Below are positions 38,604 to 48,499 of a DNA stretch of 64,000 nt, piece by piece; within the stretch, counting starts at the first letter, position 1, and every line of letters begins with the position of its first letter. The translations under genes were made by a program, and so were the position numbers. The stretch is taken from NCBI GenBank assembly GCA_965203175.1, contig OZ241867.1:6144001-6208000 (forward strand). Direction: 5' to 3'. The notes under the pieces were generated by a model, which was not told where the DNA came from, did no database searches, and saw only the letters and a program-made list of their open reading frames with translations. The stretch comes from Candidatus Latescibacterota bacterium. Lineage in GTDB: Bacteria > Latescibacterota > UBA2968 > UBA8231.

Positions 38604-38664
38604 ATTATTCCTTACCAATGAGACCGTTTCACGTAGCTAATTCCGCAGACTCTGCACCGCAGGA

Positions 38665-40566
38665 TCACCCCACCAAAACTCGCACATCTCCCCGCCGCGT
38701 CGTCAATCCCTCAGCGTCGAAGTGACCCAAAAGCGCCATGGCGCATTTGCGGTTGCTGCCAATCAGCGTGCGGAATTCGGCTACTGTAATCTCGCCGTCG
38801 CGCTTGAGAGAATCGCTCAGCAGCGTCCGCGCGCGGGCGAGGGCCTCGCAATGGATAAGCAAGCCCCCCTCCAACGCGACCACCGTCCCCAATGCTTGCA
38901 GTGCTTGGACCATGTCCGTTACCTGGGGCAGCGGGGCGTCGAAGGCTTGGGCTAGCTCGGCCATCGTCGGCAAGTTGGCAAAATCCGTGGTGTTGACCCG
39001 CGCCTCCACAGCCGCCCTTAGCACCTCTTGCTCTGGAGTGAAGCAAATGCTGTGCGACGCAGCCCTCACCACGGCCCCATCCAGCGCGATCCGCCCCGCT
39101 TCCTCCAAGTAGCGCAACACGCAGTCGAACAATTCGGGCTGGATGTAGCGCGCGCTCAAATTGCGCAGCTCCTCGCGCGGCAATCCCAGCTTGAGCGGCT
39201 GGTCGCGGTGAAAGCTCGTCAGCGCAGCCTCGACCTGCGCGCCCCAGTGCTCACACACGTCCAAATGCAAAACGTGCGGTTGCCCTTCCGACACCACGCG
39301 CACGGCACGGCCATCCGCTACCAGCGCATCCGTCAAGCCCTCCAACCGCTCCTCGCCAATGCCCATTTCGCCAGCCAGCACCTGCTGGCCCTTGAGCCGG
39401 TCGTCCGCATAGCGGAGCCAGCACTCGACAACCTCAGGCAAATCGGCACTAGCCAACGCCTGCAAATGCGCGAGCAGCGCCTGCTCGAAGCGCCGGTGCT
39501 TAGCCGGATGCGGGTTGAGCACGCGGCCGCCGCCAATGGTCAGCGCCGGCGAGTACCGGCGCAGCACAAAGCGGTCGCCCCACGCCGCAACTACGGGAGC
39601 TTCTAGGCGCAGCTGCGCAAAACTCTCCTGCCCAGGCGTCAAAGGTTCACCACCGGGAAGTACGACCCGCGCCATAATCTCCCGCGTGCCCAAGTGCAGG
39701 CGCACGCGGGTGCGCGACGCCATAGTCATCGGGCTTGACGCGAGGAGTTGCACCTCGGCGTCCAGCATCTGCGTAGGACGGAAAAATCCAGCCGCGACCA
39801 GCGAGTGCCCGCGCTCGACTTGGCCCTGCTCCACGCCAGCCAAATTGATCGCGGCTCGGTCGCCGGCCCGCACCTCTTGTGCCGTCGCGCCGTGCTGTTG
39901 CAAGCGGCGCACGCGCGCAGACCGACCTTCGGGCGCAATCTCCACGCGGTCGCCCTCAGCCAAGGCCCCAGCCTGCACCGTGCCTGTGCAGATGAGGCCA
40001 AAGCCCTTGACCCCAAAGGCCCGATCTACGGGCAGACGAAACGGCGCATCCGTGCGCTTGGCTGCAGTGTCCTCGACCATGGCTAACAGCCGCTGCCGCA
40101 GCGGGTCAATGCCCGCGCCGCTGAGCGCAGAGACGCGAAAGATCTCGGCCTGCGCCAAAAAACTCCCGTGCACAAACTCCCGCACCTCTTCCTCCACCAA
40201 GTCCAACCACTCCTCCTCCACCAAGTCGGCCTTGTTGATCACCACTACCCCGCGCTCGACCCCCAAAAGCCGCAACACGTCGAGATGCTCCTGCGACTGC
40301 GGCATCACGCCGTCGTCCGCGGCAATGACCAGCATGGCCACGTCAATGGTGCTGACGCCAGCCACCATGGTCTTGACAAAGCGCTCGTGCCCGGGCACGT
40401 CGATGATCGTAGCTTGATCCCCCAAAAAGGCAAAGCCAAGTTCAATGGTAATCCCCCGCGCCCGCTCTTCCGGGGCTTGGTCCGTATCCATGCCGGTCAG
40501 TGCCTTGACCAACAGAGTCTTGCCGTGGTCAATGTGCCCGGCCGTGCCAATAACAGTGTGCGCCAT
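38665..40566 (-). CDS. selB: Selenocysteine-specific translation elongation factor SelB
   Basis: [32 protein letters not shown]; winged-helix tail [19 protein letters not shown]. Confidence 0.96.
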   Translation of the reverse strand: MAHTVIGTAGHIDHGKTLLVKALTGMDTDQAPEERARGITIELGFAFLGDQATIIDVPGHERFVKTMVAGVSTIDVAMLVIAADDGVMPQSQEHLDVLRLLGVERGVVVINKADLVEEEWLDLVEEEVREFVHGSFLAQAEIFRVSALSGAGIDPLRQRLLAMVEDTAAKRTDAPFRLPVDRAFGVKGFGLICTGTVQAGALAEGDRVEIAPEGRSARVRRLQQHGATAQEVRAGDRAAINLAGVEQGQVERGHSLVAAGFFRPTQMLDAEVQLLASSPMTMASRTRVRLHLGTREIMARVVLPGGEPLTPGQESFAQLRLEAPVVAAWGDRFVLRRYSPALTIGGGRVLNPHPAKHRRFEQALLAHLQALASADLPEVVECWLRYADDRLKGQQVLAGEMGIGEERLEGLTDALVADGRAVRVVSEGQPHVLHLDVCEHWGAQVEAALTSFHRDQPLKLGLPREELRNLSARYIQPELFDCVLRYLEEAGRIALDGAVVRAASHSICFTPEQEVLRAAVEARVNTTDFANLPTMAELAQAFDAPLPQVTDMVQALQALGTVVALEGGLLIHCEALARARTLLSDSLKRDGEITVAEFRTLIGSNRKCAMALLGHFDAEGLTTRRGDVRVLVG

Positions 40567-40583
40567 CTGCTCAATATCCTATA

Positions 40584-40611
40584 TTGACGTGCTCTTCCTG
40601 GCCTATATTAT
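40584..40611 (+). promoter_or_regulatory. Possible sigma70 promoter for the creatininase-Sua5-sppA-SelA-like operon
   Basis: TTGACG (40584-40589), 16-nt spacer, TATTAT (40606-40611). Confidence 0.45.
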
Positions 40612-40645
40612 GTTCAATTCCGCGAACACAACAAGGAACTTCTTC

Positions 40646-41380
40646 ATGTACCTCAAGCACCTGCGTCCCTACCAACTCACTGATGCAGTGGCCCAAGGGC
40701 ATCCCCTGCTCGTGCCGGCCGGCTGCATCGAAACCCACGGCCCGCACATGGCCATCGGCCACGACACCCTCATCGTCGAGGAGATCTGCGACCGCGTGGC
40801 CGCACGCACCGCTTGCGTCATTGCTCCATCGTTCGACTACGGCCCCACCGGCTATGCCCTCGGCGGTCCAGCCGACGGGACCATCGACCCGGACTACGAC
40901 GCCTTTGGCGGCTTGGCCAAGAGCATCCTGCGCAACTTTATCGAAATGGGCTTCCGCAAGACCTACGTCATCATCATGCACCAAGGCATGGGCGGCCCCC
41001 TCGCCTTGGCCTTCAGCAAGGCCGCGGCCGAACTGGCGGTTGAGAAGGTGCTCGCCGAGGGACACCCACGCGGCTGGTGGGGCGACCGCGACGAGCTGGC
41101 CCGGGTTGGCTCTTGGGGCGGGCACATCGAAGTGCAGCCCATGATCCTCCCGGAATCGAGTCCTCCGGCCGGGGGCGATCACGCCGGATACAACGAGACC
41201 TCCTTCCTGCTCGCCGCGCGCCCCGAACTCGTAGAGCAAGACCGCCTCGGCGACGACCCGCCTTGGTACTGCCAGCAAGACGAAACCAAAAACAGCTACA
41301 CGGCCAACGCCGAGCACGGCCAAGCCATGATCGCGTCCGTCGTCGATGCGTGGGTCGCCAAAATCGATCAGGAGCGCTAG
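40646..41380 (+). CDS. Creatininase / creatinine amidohydrolase family protein
   Basis: [33 protein letters not shown]; AAGGA RBS before ATG 40646. Confidence 0.88.
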   Translation: MYLKHLRPYQLTDAVAQGHPLLVPAGCIETHGPHMAIGHDTLIVEEICDRVAARTACVIAPSFDYGPTGYALGGPADGTIDPDYDAFGGLAKSILRNFIEMGFRKTYVIIMHQGMGGPLALAFSKAAAELAVEKVLAEGHPRGWWGDRDELARVGSWGGHIEVQPMILPESSPPAGGDHAGYNETSFLLAARPELVEQDRLGDDPPWYCQQDETKNSYTANAEHGQAMIASVVDAWVAKIDQER

Positions 41381-41381
41381 A

Positions 41382-42005
41382 ATGACCCAAGTACTGACCG
41401 TACACCCCGACCGCCTCAAAGGCCGCCACATCCAGCGCGCCGCCGAGGTGCTGCGCCAAGGCGGCGTTATCGTCTATCCCACCGATACGATCTACGGCCT
41501 CGGCTGCGACATCACCAACAAGCAGGCGATTGAACGCGTGCAGCGCATCAAGGGCCGCGATAGAAAGAAGCCCATGTCCTTTGTGTGCGCCGACTTGACC
41601 CACATCAGCGACTACGCCCGCGTCTCCAACTACGCCCACCGCATCCTCAAGCAGTGCCTGCCGGGGGCGTACACCTTCGTGTTGCCAGCCACCCGCCAAA
41701 CGCCGCGCATCCTGCAAACCAAACAGAAGACCGTCGGCCTGCGGATCCCCGATCACCCAGTGCCGCTGGCCTTGGTCCGCGCCCTCGGCCAACCCATCCT
41801 GAGCACCAGCGCCAACTACGCCGATCAAGAGGTGATAACCGAACCGTGGGCCTTGGAGGAAGAGTTGGGACCACAAGTAGAATTGATCTTGGAGTGCGGG
41901 CCGCTGCCCGTGGAGGCTTCGAGTGTGGTCTCGCTGGTGGGGGATCAGGCCGAGGTGCTGCGGGAGGGCAAAGGGGATTTGCGCTTGTTTGCCGAGGAAG
42001 ATTAG
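41382..42005 (+). CDS. L-threonylcarbamoyladenylate synthase family (Sua5/YciO/YrdC)
   Basis: YPTDTIYGLGC, KGR...KPMS, GLRIP, STSAN, LREGKG. Confidence 0.92.
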   Translation: MTQVLTVHPDRLKGRHIQRAAEVLRQGGVIVYPTDTIYGLGCDITNKQAIERVQRIKGRDRKKPMSFVCADLTHISDYARVSNYAHRILKQCLPGAYTFVLPATRQTPRILQTKQKTVGLRIPDHPVPLALVRALGQPILSTSANYADQEVITEPWALEEELGPQVELILECGPLPVEASSVVSLVGDQAEVLREGKGDLRLFAEED

Positions 42006-42008
42006 CGG

Positions 42009-44342
42009 ATGCCGCACCGGCTCTTTGGCGCGGTCTTGTGCTGCCTGCTCGTATTCGGCGCAGCCAAGGCCCAATCGCCGTTTATCTCCTACGCCGAGCG
42101 CGGGGAATTCGCCCTCGCTGCTTTTGGTGGGTTGGACGTAGGCCTCTACGGCTACGCCAATCCCGCGCTCCTCAGCTATGTCGAAGGCTTGGAGCAGGGA
42201 GTCGCTTGGTCGGATAGTAGTTCCACCCATTCGTGGGGCCTTTTCACGGCCGCGCCCCACTTGGGATTTGGCGTTGTAAACGGTCGCCGCACCCGCGAGT
42301 ACCGGGCCGGACTTAGCACCGGCGACCGCAACTTCAGCCTCGGGGTGAGCATGGGGTGGGGAAGCGTGCGGCACGTCGTCCTCGGGGGAATTTGGCGGCC
42401 CGGGCCGCGTCTCTCAGTAGGAGGCACCTTCACTTCGACCTTTGCAAACGAGAGTCGCGAAGGAGCCGTTGATCTCTCCCTGCGTCCCTGGGGCGACGAG
42501 CGGCTCACCTTGTTCGCGGATTACGCGCGCACCGACGAAACGGAGTTCTGGAGCACCGGAGCCGTAGTCGAGCTGGTGCCAGGACTGGCGCTGACCGGGC
42601 GCATGTTCGCGGATCGCGCCCTGAGCGTTGGCTTGCGCATCGGGCTAGGTGCCGCAGATTTCCAAGCGCAGGCGCACAGCCGCACCTTCCAGACGTATGC
42701 GGCGCGCTTTGGAGCGCAGCGCGGGAACCTATTCCGACCGCGGGCGCGCTACCTTTCCATGGAATTGTCTGGGCCGATTCAACACCGCCGCTATGCTTTC
42801 TTCGACGACTCGCAGAGTCTGCTCAATCTCATCGCCTTATTGGAGCGCGCGCGCCGCGACCCAGCGATCAAGGGCCTCGCCATCAATGCTTCGGGTCTGC
42901 GGATCAGCCCAGCGCTCGGCTGGGAACTGCGGGAAAAGCTGCGCCAGATCCGCGCTGGGGGACAGCGGGTCATCGTGTACATCGACCGCGTGGACATGTA
43001 CAACTATCACTGGGCCTCGGTGGCCGATCACTTGGTGCTCGATCCGGCTGGCGCAATCGGCTTGCAGGGCTATGTGGCGGGGCACACGTACTTCAAGGGC
43101 GCGCTGGAAAAGCTCGGAATCGGCTTCGACGAGTGGCGGCTTTTCTCCTACAAATCCGCGACCGAACCATACGTCCGCCGCGACATGTCCGAGGAGGAGC
43201 ACGAGCAGCTAACGGTCCTGCTCGACGACTGGTACGCCCTCGCGCGCAGCGACATCAGCGCCGATCGCTCGCTGGCGCCCGATCAATTCGACCGCCTCGT
43301 GGAAGACACCGCGTTCTTCCTCCCGCAAGAGGCCCTCGACGCCGGCCTAGTGGACCGCCTCGGGCGCTGGAGCGAAATCGACCCCACAGTCGAAGACCAC
43401 CCCGTCGTCGCAGCCGCTTCGTACACCCGGCCAGTCGACCGGCGCTGGGGGCAGCGCAAGCGCATTGCCATCGTCTATGCCCTCGGCGTCTGCGCCATGG
43501 ACACCGGCATGGGTGCGCGGCGGCTCGTCGGCGAGATTGCCTCGGCCTGCGCGGCCGCGGACGCCGTGGTCCTGCGCGTGGACTCTCCGGGCGGCGACAT
43601 CCTGCCCTCGGCTCTCGTGGCCGACGCCGTGCTGCAATGCCGCGAGCGCAAGCCCGTCATCGTCTCGCAGGGCTACCTCGCGGCTTCGGGCGGGTACATG
43701 ATCTCGCTGCCCGGCGATGCAATCGTCACCGCGCCCAACACCATCACCGGCTCAATTGGGGTCATTGCCGGCTGGGCGTACAACACCGGGTTCAAGGAAA
43801 AGCTCGGCCTGAGCACGAGCCGCGTGCAGGTGGGCCGCCATGCGGACTTGCCCTTTGGCATGACCCTGCCCCTGCTCGGCCTGCGCTTGCCAGACCGCAC
43901 TTTCACTGAAGACGAAAGCGCGCGCATGGAACACACCATCCGCTCGCTGTACGAGGACTTCGTCGCCCAGGTGGCCAGCAGCCGCCACATTGCGCCGGAC
44001 TCAGTCGAAGTCATAGCCCAAGGCCGCGTCTGGAGCGGCCAACGCGCCGTACAACTCGGCCTCGCCGACCGGATCGGCGGTCTCGAAGTGGCCATCGCGC
44101 TAGCCAAGGAAAAGATCGGACTGTCAACGGACGAGATCGTCGAGCTGATGGAACGCCCCCGGCCCAAGCTATTTTCGTCCGCGCTGTTGCGCCCGCGACT
44201 GTTGGGCCTCACCGCGCAGCCCACCCCCGAACTCGACTACCTGCAATTTCGCCTCCAGCACAATGGCTTGCCCTTGTTGCTGGTTCCCGCCAACCACGTA
44301 CCGAGCCCTGTGGGGCTGTATGGAGAGAAAACCTATGAGTGA
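42009..44342 (+). CDS. sppA: S49 family peptidase SppA with N-terminal beta-strand-rich domain
   Basis: Signal peptide; YKSATE, LRVDSPGG, AASGGY, TGSIGV, AQGRVWSG..A..LGLAD..GG. Confidence 0.88.
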   Translation: MPHRLFGAVLCCLLVFGAAKAQSPFISYAERGEFALAAFGGLDVGLYGYANPALLSYVEGLEQGVAWSDSSSTHSWGLFTAAPHLGFGVVNGRRTREYRAGLSTGDRNFSLGVSMGWGSVRHVVLGGIWRPGPRLSVGGTFTSTFANESREGAVDLSLRPWGDERLTLFADYARTDETEFWSTGAVVELVPGLALTGRMFADRALSVGLRIGLGAADFQAQAHSRTFQTYAARFGAQRGNLFRPRARYLSMELSGPIQHRRYAFFDDSQSLLNLIALLERARRDPAIKGLAINASGLRISPALGWELREKLRQIRAGGQRVIVYIDRVDMYNYHWASVADHLVLDPAGAIGLQGYVAGHTYFKGALEKLGIGFDEWRLFSYKSATEPYVRRDMSEEEHEQLTVLLDDWYALARSDISADRSLAPDQFDRLVEDTAFFLPQEALDAGLVDRLGRWSEIDPTVEDHPVVAAASYTRPVDRRWGQRKRIAIVYALGVCAMDTGMGARRLVGEIASACAAADAVVLRVDSPGGDILPSALVADAVLQCRERKPVIVSQGYLAASGGYMISLPGDAIVTAPNTITGSIGVIAGWAYNTGFKEKLGLSTSRVQVGRHADLPFGMTLPLLGLRLPDRTFTEDESARMEHTIRSLYEDFVAQVASSRHIAPDSVEVIAQGRVWSGQRAVQLGLADRIGGLEVAIALAKEKIGLSTDEIVELMERPRPKLFSSALLRPRLLGLTAQPTPELDYLQFRLQHNGLPLLLVPANHVPSPVGLYGEKTYE

Positions 44343-45453
44343 AGAAGCCCGCGCACTGTACGCGGATATGGGGGCGACGCCCGTAATCAACGCCCTCGGC
44401 CCGCGCACCCTCTTAGGGGGATCGTCCCCTCACCCGGACATTATCGCCGCTATGGAACTAGCCGGCCGCTACTACGTTGACATGGACGCCTTCCTGGCGA
44501 GCACGGGGCGAATCGTCGCCGACCTGCTCGGGGCCGAGGCCGCGCTGATTACCCCTGGCTGCGCAGCCGCATTGGTCCTCGGCACGGCCGCCTGCGTCAC
44601 CGGTGCAGACCCAGATAAAATGGCCCGCCTGCCCGATTCGACCGGCATGCCCAACCAAGTAGTCATCCAAAAAGCCCAGCGCTACAAGTACGACCGCATG
44701 GTGCGCCTGCCCGGCGTCACCCTCGTCGAGGCGGGCACAGAGCAAGGGACCACAGCCGACGAACTCACCGCAGCCATCGGCCCCCAAACCGCCGCCCTGC
44801 TCTACCCGGCCATCGACAACGAAGCCGCCATCGTCCCGCTAGCCGAGGCCATTGACATCGCCCACGCTCGCGACGTTCCGGTCTTCGTGGACGCGGCCTT
44901 CCGCGTCTATCCCCTGGACGGCTTGACCCAATACATCGCAGCCGGGGCCGACCTAGTCGGCTATGGCGCCAAGTACGTGGGCGCACCCAATTCTTCGGGC
45001 ATTCTCTGCGGTCGCGCCGACTTAATCGCCGCAGCCCACTTGCACAGCTTCGCCTGCTTTGAAACCCGCGACCTAGAAGGAGTTGGCCGCCCGCTCAAGA
45101 TCGACCGCCAAGAGGTCGTCGGCGTGGTCTTAGCCCTGCGCCGCTGGCTGGCCATGGACCACGACGCCCGCAACCAACGCGACACCCGCCGCGCCGAGAC
45201 CGTGCGTCAGCACTTAGGCGAACTACCCCACGTACAAAGCTCCGTCAATGGCGCATCCCTGACCCTGACCTTGGACGAACAAGCGCTCGGCCAAACCGCC
45301 GCCGATCTAGAAGAGACCCTGCGCAACGGCAATCCCTCGGTCTGGCTCTCAACGGCCCCAAGCCAACTTCACTTGTCCATGCCCACGGTGTCCGACGGCG
45401 ACGAGGAACTCTTGGCAGCGCGGGTTAGGGAAGTGCTGGGGCTTGAGGGGTAG
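44335..45453 (+). CDS. SelA-like / DgaE-like PLP-dependent enzyme
   Basis: PVINALG..TLLGGS, VFVDAA, PLP lysine in YGAKY, GRPLKIDRQE. Lacks the SGDKLLGGPQ signature of true SelA. Confidence 0.8.
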   Translation: MSEEARALYADMGATPVINALGPRTLLGGSSPHPDIIAAMELAGRYYVDMDAFLASTGRIVADLLGAEAALITPGCAAALVLGTAACVTGADPDKMARLPDSTGMPNQVVIQKAQRYKYDRMVRLPGVTLVEAGTEQGTTADELTAAIGPQTAALLYPAIDNEAAIVPLAEAIDIAHARDVPVFVDAAFRVYPLDGLTQYIAAGADLVGYGAKYVGAPNSSGILCGRADLIAAAHLHSFACFETRDLEGVGRPLKIDRQEVVGVVLALRRWLAMDHDARNQRDTRRAETVRQHLGELPHVQSSVNGASLTLTLDEQALGQTAADLEETLRNGNPSVWLSTAPSQLHLSMPTVSDGDEELLAARVREVLGLEG

Positions 45454-45484
45454 ATTCAGGCTGGCCACATCGCCGCGCCCAAAT

Positions 45485-47413
45485 TTACATGGTAAACCAG
45501 TTCGACATGCCGCCAAAATAGTCGATGATCAGCCACATGCCCGCCGAGCCAAAAGCCCCCAGCACCATGCCGAGAAAGAGCGGGCGCAGCAGGCGATAGC
45601 CCTTGGCCCCGCCGTATTTCAAAATGACCGCTTTGAAAGCCCAGGCGATAAAGACCGAAAACCAAATCTGGCTGATCGGGTAGGTCAGACCGAGGACTAG
45701 GCCGATGGGATGGATGGGGAAGCCGACGAAACGCGCCTTGAGAAAGCTCAGCACGGCCATGACAGCGCTGCCGATGCCGGTGTAGATGAGATGCCAGCCG
45801 TAGATTTCCTGCGGGTTGTTGATATTGTGCGCGATCCAGTTGCCCGTCAGTTGGGTCAAGCCGCCGAAACCCCAACCCCCGAGATTGATGCCACCGTATT
45901 TATACGCCAACGTGGTAACCGCCCACACCGCGGAAATCAGGGTGACCACTATGGTCGCGGCGATCGCCCAAAACAGCCGCCGAGTCTCCAAACGCATAAC
46001 CTCGGCGATCTTGAGGCCGGTCGCCGCTGAGGCCATGACGAAGGTGCGCAAATCGGCGGTCCAGGGGAAGTTCATGCCGAGCGCCGTCAGCCCGCTCGCT
46101 CCGAGCGCAGTCGGCCCGAGCGCCGTGACCATAAATACCGGCGGAGCCACCGGCGACACACCGTAGGCGAGGCCAGCTTGGGAGACAATGCGCGCCAAAC
46201 CGATGAAAGTGGCTAGGCACAGCAAAAAATAAAAAAGTGCAATGCCGAACTGCAGGCCGGTTTGCGCCAGCCACCACACGGCAAAGATCGACCCAAAGAT
46301 AAAACCCAGCACGGCCGTGCGGTACGAGAGCATCTCGCTGCTATCGTCAATCGTCGGATCGCGCTTGAAGGCTTTGCGCAGCACATCGCCGATATGTTGG
46401 CGCGCGGCCCACAGGATGGAAAAAACCAGGAAGAACATCGCGCCCTGCGCCAGATGGGCGACGCTGGCCGAAGCGGGCATCGAGTAGGGCTGCGATGGGC
46501 CAATGCTCCAGCCGAACAGACGCTCAACCCCAGTGTGGACATAGGCGAGAAAGGCGAAGAACCACACGCCGAACGAGACATCGAGGCTCAACAGATACGA
46601 AAGCCCGATAACCTCGAAGCGCGGGTAGAGGTTCAGACGCACGGATTCGCGCAGAAAGCGCAGCGGGGTATTCAACTGGATGAAGGGGAAGTAGTTGAAG
46701 TAGGAGTGCAGGCCATTGACGAGATTGATGAGAAACGGGATCAGAAAGCCCACCCAAGTCAGATAGTTGCGCAGCAAAGACGGCAGCAGACGGCCCTGCT
46801 CCCTCTGGGCCAATTCGAGCGGCAGGATCGAGAGCGGGAAGAGCAGGCGCTCGTGTTCCATCCACTGCTTGCGCAGGATGACCAACATGCAGAGCGTGAC
46901 GAAATAAACGCTGAGTATGAAGAAACCCCAAGCCAACAACGGCTTGTGCCACAGTCCCCAGGGCACGGGCTCGCCGCGCGCCGCCCCTTCAAAGAGCTTC
47001 CAGGTCGCCGCGCGGTCCTGGGACACGAGCCAGGGTTTGATGTGCGGGTGGATGATATTGGCCCAGTCGTTCTCCGGCGTGGCAAAGTAAAACAGCCCCC
47101 CTAAAAACGGGATCAAGTTCATAACGAAACCCCAAGAGGGAATCGCCGAAGCCACGATCATCATTATGTAAATGGTCGCTAACTCGCCGCTGTGCAGCCG
47201 CGAACCGGTGAGCAGCTGGGCAAGGGGATTGAGCAGCAAAGTGAGCAGAAAGAACAGGAAGATGGCGGCACCAGTGGAATAATCGGCGGCCATAGCCGAA
47301 CCGCGCACCACCAGCGTGCCATAGGATTCCCCGCAGGAGATCGCAGTAGCGCAGAGCAGTCCGATAAAAACCGCCCGTTTGGAAACGCCGCGCTGTGGTT
47401 GGGCTTCTGTCAC
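45485..47413 (-). CDS. DUF6785/DUF6784 family multi-pass membrane protein (second paralog)
   Basis: ELATIY, FYFATPENDW, QWMEHERLLFPL, FPIHPIG, KYGG, PLFLGMVLG. Confidence 0.8.
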   Translation of the reverse strand: MTEAQPQRGVSKRAVFIGLLCATAISCGESYGTLVVRGSAMAADYSTGAAIFLFFLLTLLLNPLAQLLTGSRLHSGELATIYIMMIVASAIPSWGFVMNLIPFLGGLFYFATPENDWANIIHPHIKPWLVSQDRAATWKLFEGAARGEPVPWGLWHKPLLAWGFFILSVYFVTLCMLVILRKQWMEHERLLFPLSILPLELAQREQGRLLPSLLRNYLTWVGFLIPFLINLVNGLHSYFNYFPFIQLNTPLRFLRESVRLNLYPRFEVIGLSYLLSLDVSFGVWFFAFLAYVHTGVERLFGWSIGPSQPYSMPASASVAHLAQGAMFFLVFSILWAARQHIGDVLRKAFKRDPTIDDSSEMLSYRTAVLGFIFGSIFAVWWLAQTGLQFGIALFYFLLCLATFIGLARIVSQAGLAYGVSPVAPPVFMVTALGPTALGASGLTALGMNFPWTADLRTFVMASAATGLKIAEVMRLETRRLFWAIAATIVVTLISAVWAVTTLAYKYGGINLGGWGFGGLTQLTGNWIAHNINNPQEIYGWHLIYTGIGSAVMAVLSFLKARFVGFPIHPIGLVLGLTYPISQIWFSVFIAWAFKAVILKYGGAKGYRLLRPLFLGMVLGAFGSAGMWLIIDYFGGMSNWFTM

Positions 47414-47634
47414 ATTCGCCTTTGCCAGAATTTCGCTCGTTGCCCACGTCTTTCCGCAGCCGGCCCCATAATCGAGACGCGACCGTCGTTCCGCATTGTA
47501 AACTACAGGGCGTCAACGGCATTATCAAAGCCGCTAGTTTCACAGCGGTATTTCACGCGATAGCTGGCAAAGACTTGCCCCGGTCATCCCCGCGCCTTAA
47601 ATCCTACGACCAACCCAAGCCACGAGGAGCAACC

Positions 47635-47706
47635 ATGTCCACCGAAGAAGGCATGGGGCTGAAGATGGCAGCGCCCATCACCGCCTATGCTGCCGAGCAT
47701 CTATGA
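47635..47706 (+). pseudogene. 23-aa ORF, probable gene remnant
   Basis: GAGGAG RBS; MSTEEGMGLKMAAPITAYAAEHL; ATGA overlap with the helicase fragment. Confidence 0.35.
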
Positions 47707-47795
47707 GCCCGGCACAACAACAGGCCGAGGCCCTAGCGGCCGGACTGTATGACCATCAGATCGAGGGCATCGCCTTTTTGTTGGGTCGTCAGCGG
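47693..47795 (+). repeat. Duplicated 5' end of the SNF2 helicase gene (pseudogene fragment); partner 52020-52122
   Basis: 103 bp with 8 mismatches by hand count. Encodes MSPAQQQAEALAAGLYDHQIEGIAFLLGRQR, then diverges and stops at 47822. Confidence 0.92.
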
Positions 47796-48140
47796 TTCGC
47801 TCTTTTTGCCCGATCCCATTGAAGTGGAACAGACCTATCGGTACGCCGGTGTTCGCACACGACGGGGAGCGGACTTGACCATAGAATTAGTTGCCAGCGA
47901 TGCCGACGAGGACGAGCTTATACAGCAATAGGGGTGGGCCAGAGAGTACATCGTTGTCGGGGAATACTTTTACGTGGGCACCAACCCATGAACAAACCTA
48001 CACCTATCAGGTAAGGCTTACGGCGGAGGATGGTCAAGGAGGATAGCGGATAGGGAAACCTTTGCGATTATCGTGACCGAGGCCGATGATGGAGGCTCAG
48101 AGGCGGCGGGAGGTGAACAGCCTCTTGACCCAAGTGAGGA

Positions 48141-48255
48141 ATCGAGGAGAAATCAGACGATGTCGAAATTATCGGCGAAACTGAAGAATAACCAAGCCTA
48201 TCTCATGTACTGGGCAATAGTCTGTGCCCTCTGCGTAGGAGTGGCGGCTTGTTCG
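48141..48255 (+). repeat. Direct repeat B, copy 1 (115 bp; partner 48436-48550)
   Basis: Encodes a gene tail (..DVEIIGETEE*), a spacer and the lipoprotein signal MYWAIVC.LCVGV.ACS; about 6 mismatches. Confidence 0.92.
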
Positions 48256-48486
48256 ACAGACGCTTTGATTGGCCCCGAAAAGGGTAAGGCCCAGAAGATC
48301 ACCGGAGAAATCGAGGAAAAATTGGGTGATGCACAGATCACCGGAGAAATCGAGGAGGAATCAGGCGATGCACAGATCATCGGAGAAATCGAGGAAATCG
48401 AGGAAAAATTGGGTGATGCACAGATCACCGGAGAAATCGAGGAGGAATCAGGCGATGTTGAAATTATCGGCGAAACTGAAGAATAA
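48205..48486 (+). CDS. Small acidic tandem-repeat lipoprotein
   Basis: Lipobox VAAC; body made of I[TI]GEIEE(K/E)(L/S)GDAQ repeats. Confidence 0.65.
   Translation: MYWAIVCALCVGVAACSTDALIGPEKGKAQKITGEIEEKLGDAQITGEIEEESGDAQIIGEIEEIEEKLGDAQITGEIEEESGDVEIIGETEE
48298..48483 (+). repeat. 39-nt coding tandem repeat (~4.5 units, one with a 9-nt expansion)
   Basis: ATCACCGGAGAAATCGAGGAAAAATTGGGTGATGCACAG alternates with the ..GAGGAATCAGGCGATG.. variant. Confidence 0.9.
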
Positions 48487-48499
48487 CCAAGCCTATCTC

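Noticed and set aside
41013-42374. Long antisense or alternative-frame ORFs (e.g. 41013-42374, 9017-9985, 39515-40417, 40571-41431)
   Set aside because: They overlap well-supported genes and are typical shadow ORFs of GC-rich DNA with no recognisable motifs.
44335-45453. Calling this gene selA
   Set aside because: It lacks the canonical SGDKLLGGPQ and the N-terminal tRNA-binding region; the motifs fit SelA-like/DgaE enzymes.
38619-47700. tRNA-Sec (selC) or UGA-recoded selenoprotein near selB
   Set aside because: No cloverleaf or T-loop motif in the intergenic gaps, and no ORF pair convincingly joined across a TGA.
48269-48499. N-terminal HRSPEKSRKN repeat extension of the YWTD protein in the ORF track
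   Set aside because: It is the alternate frame of the acidic-repeat lipoprotein; the real start is the signal peptide at 48500.
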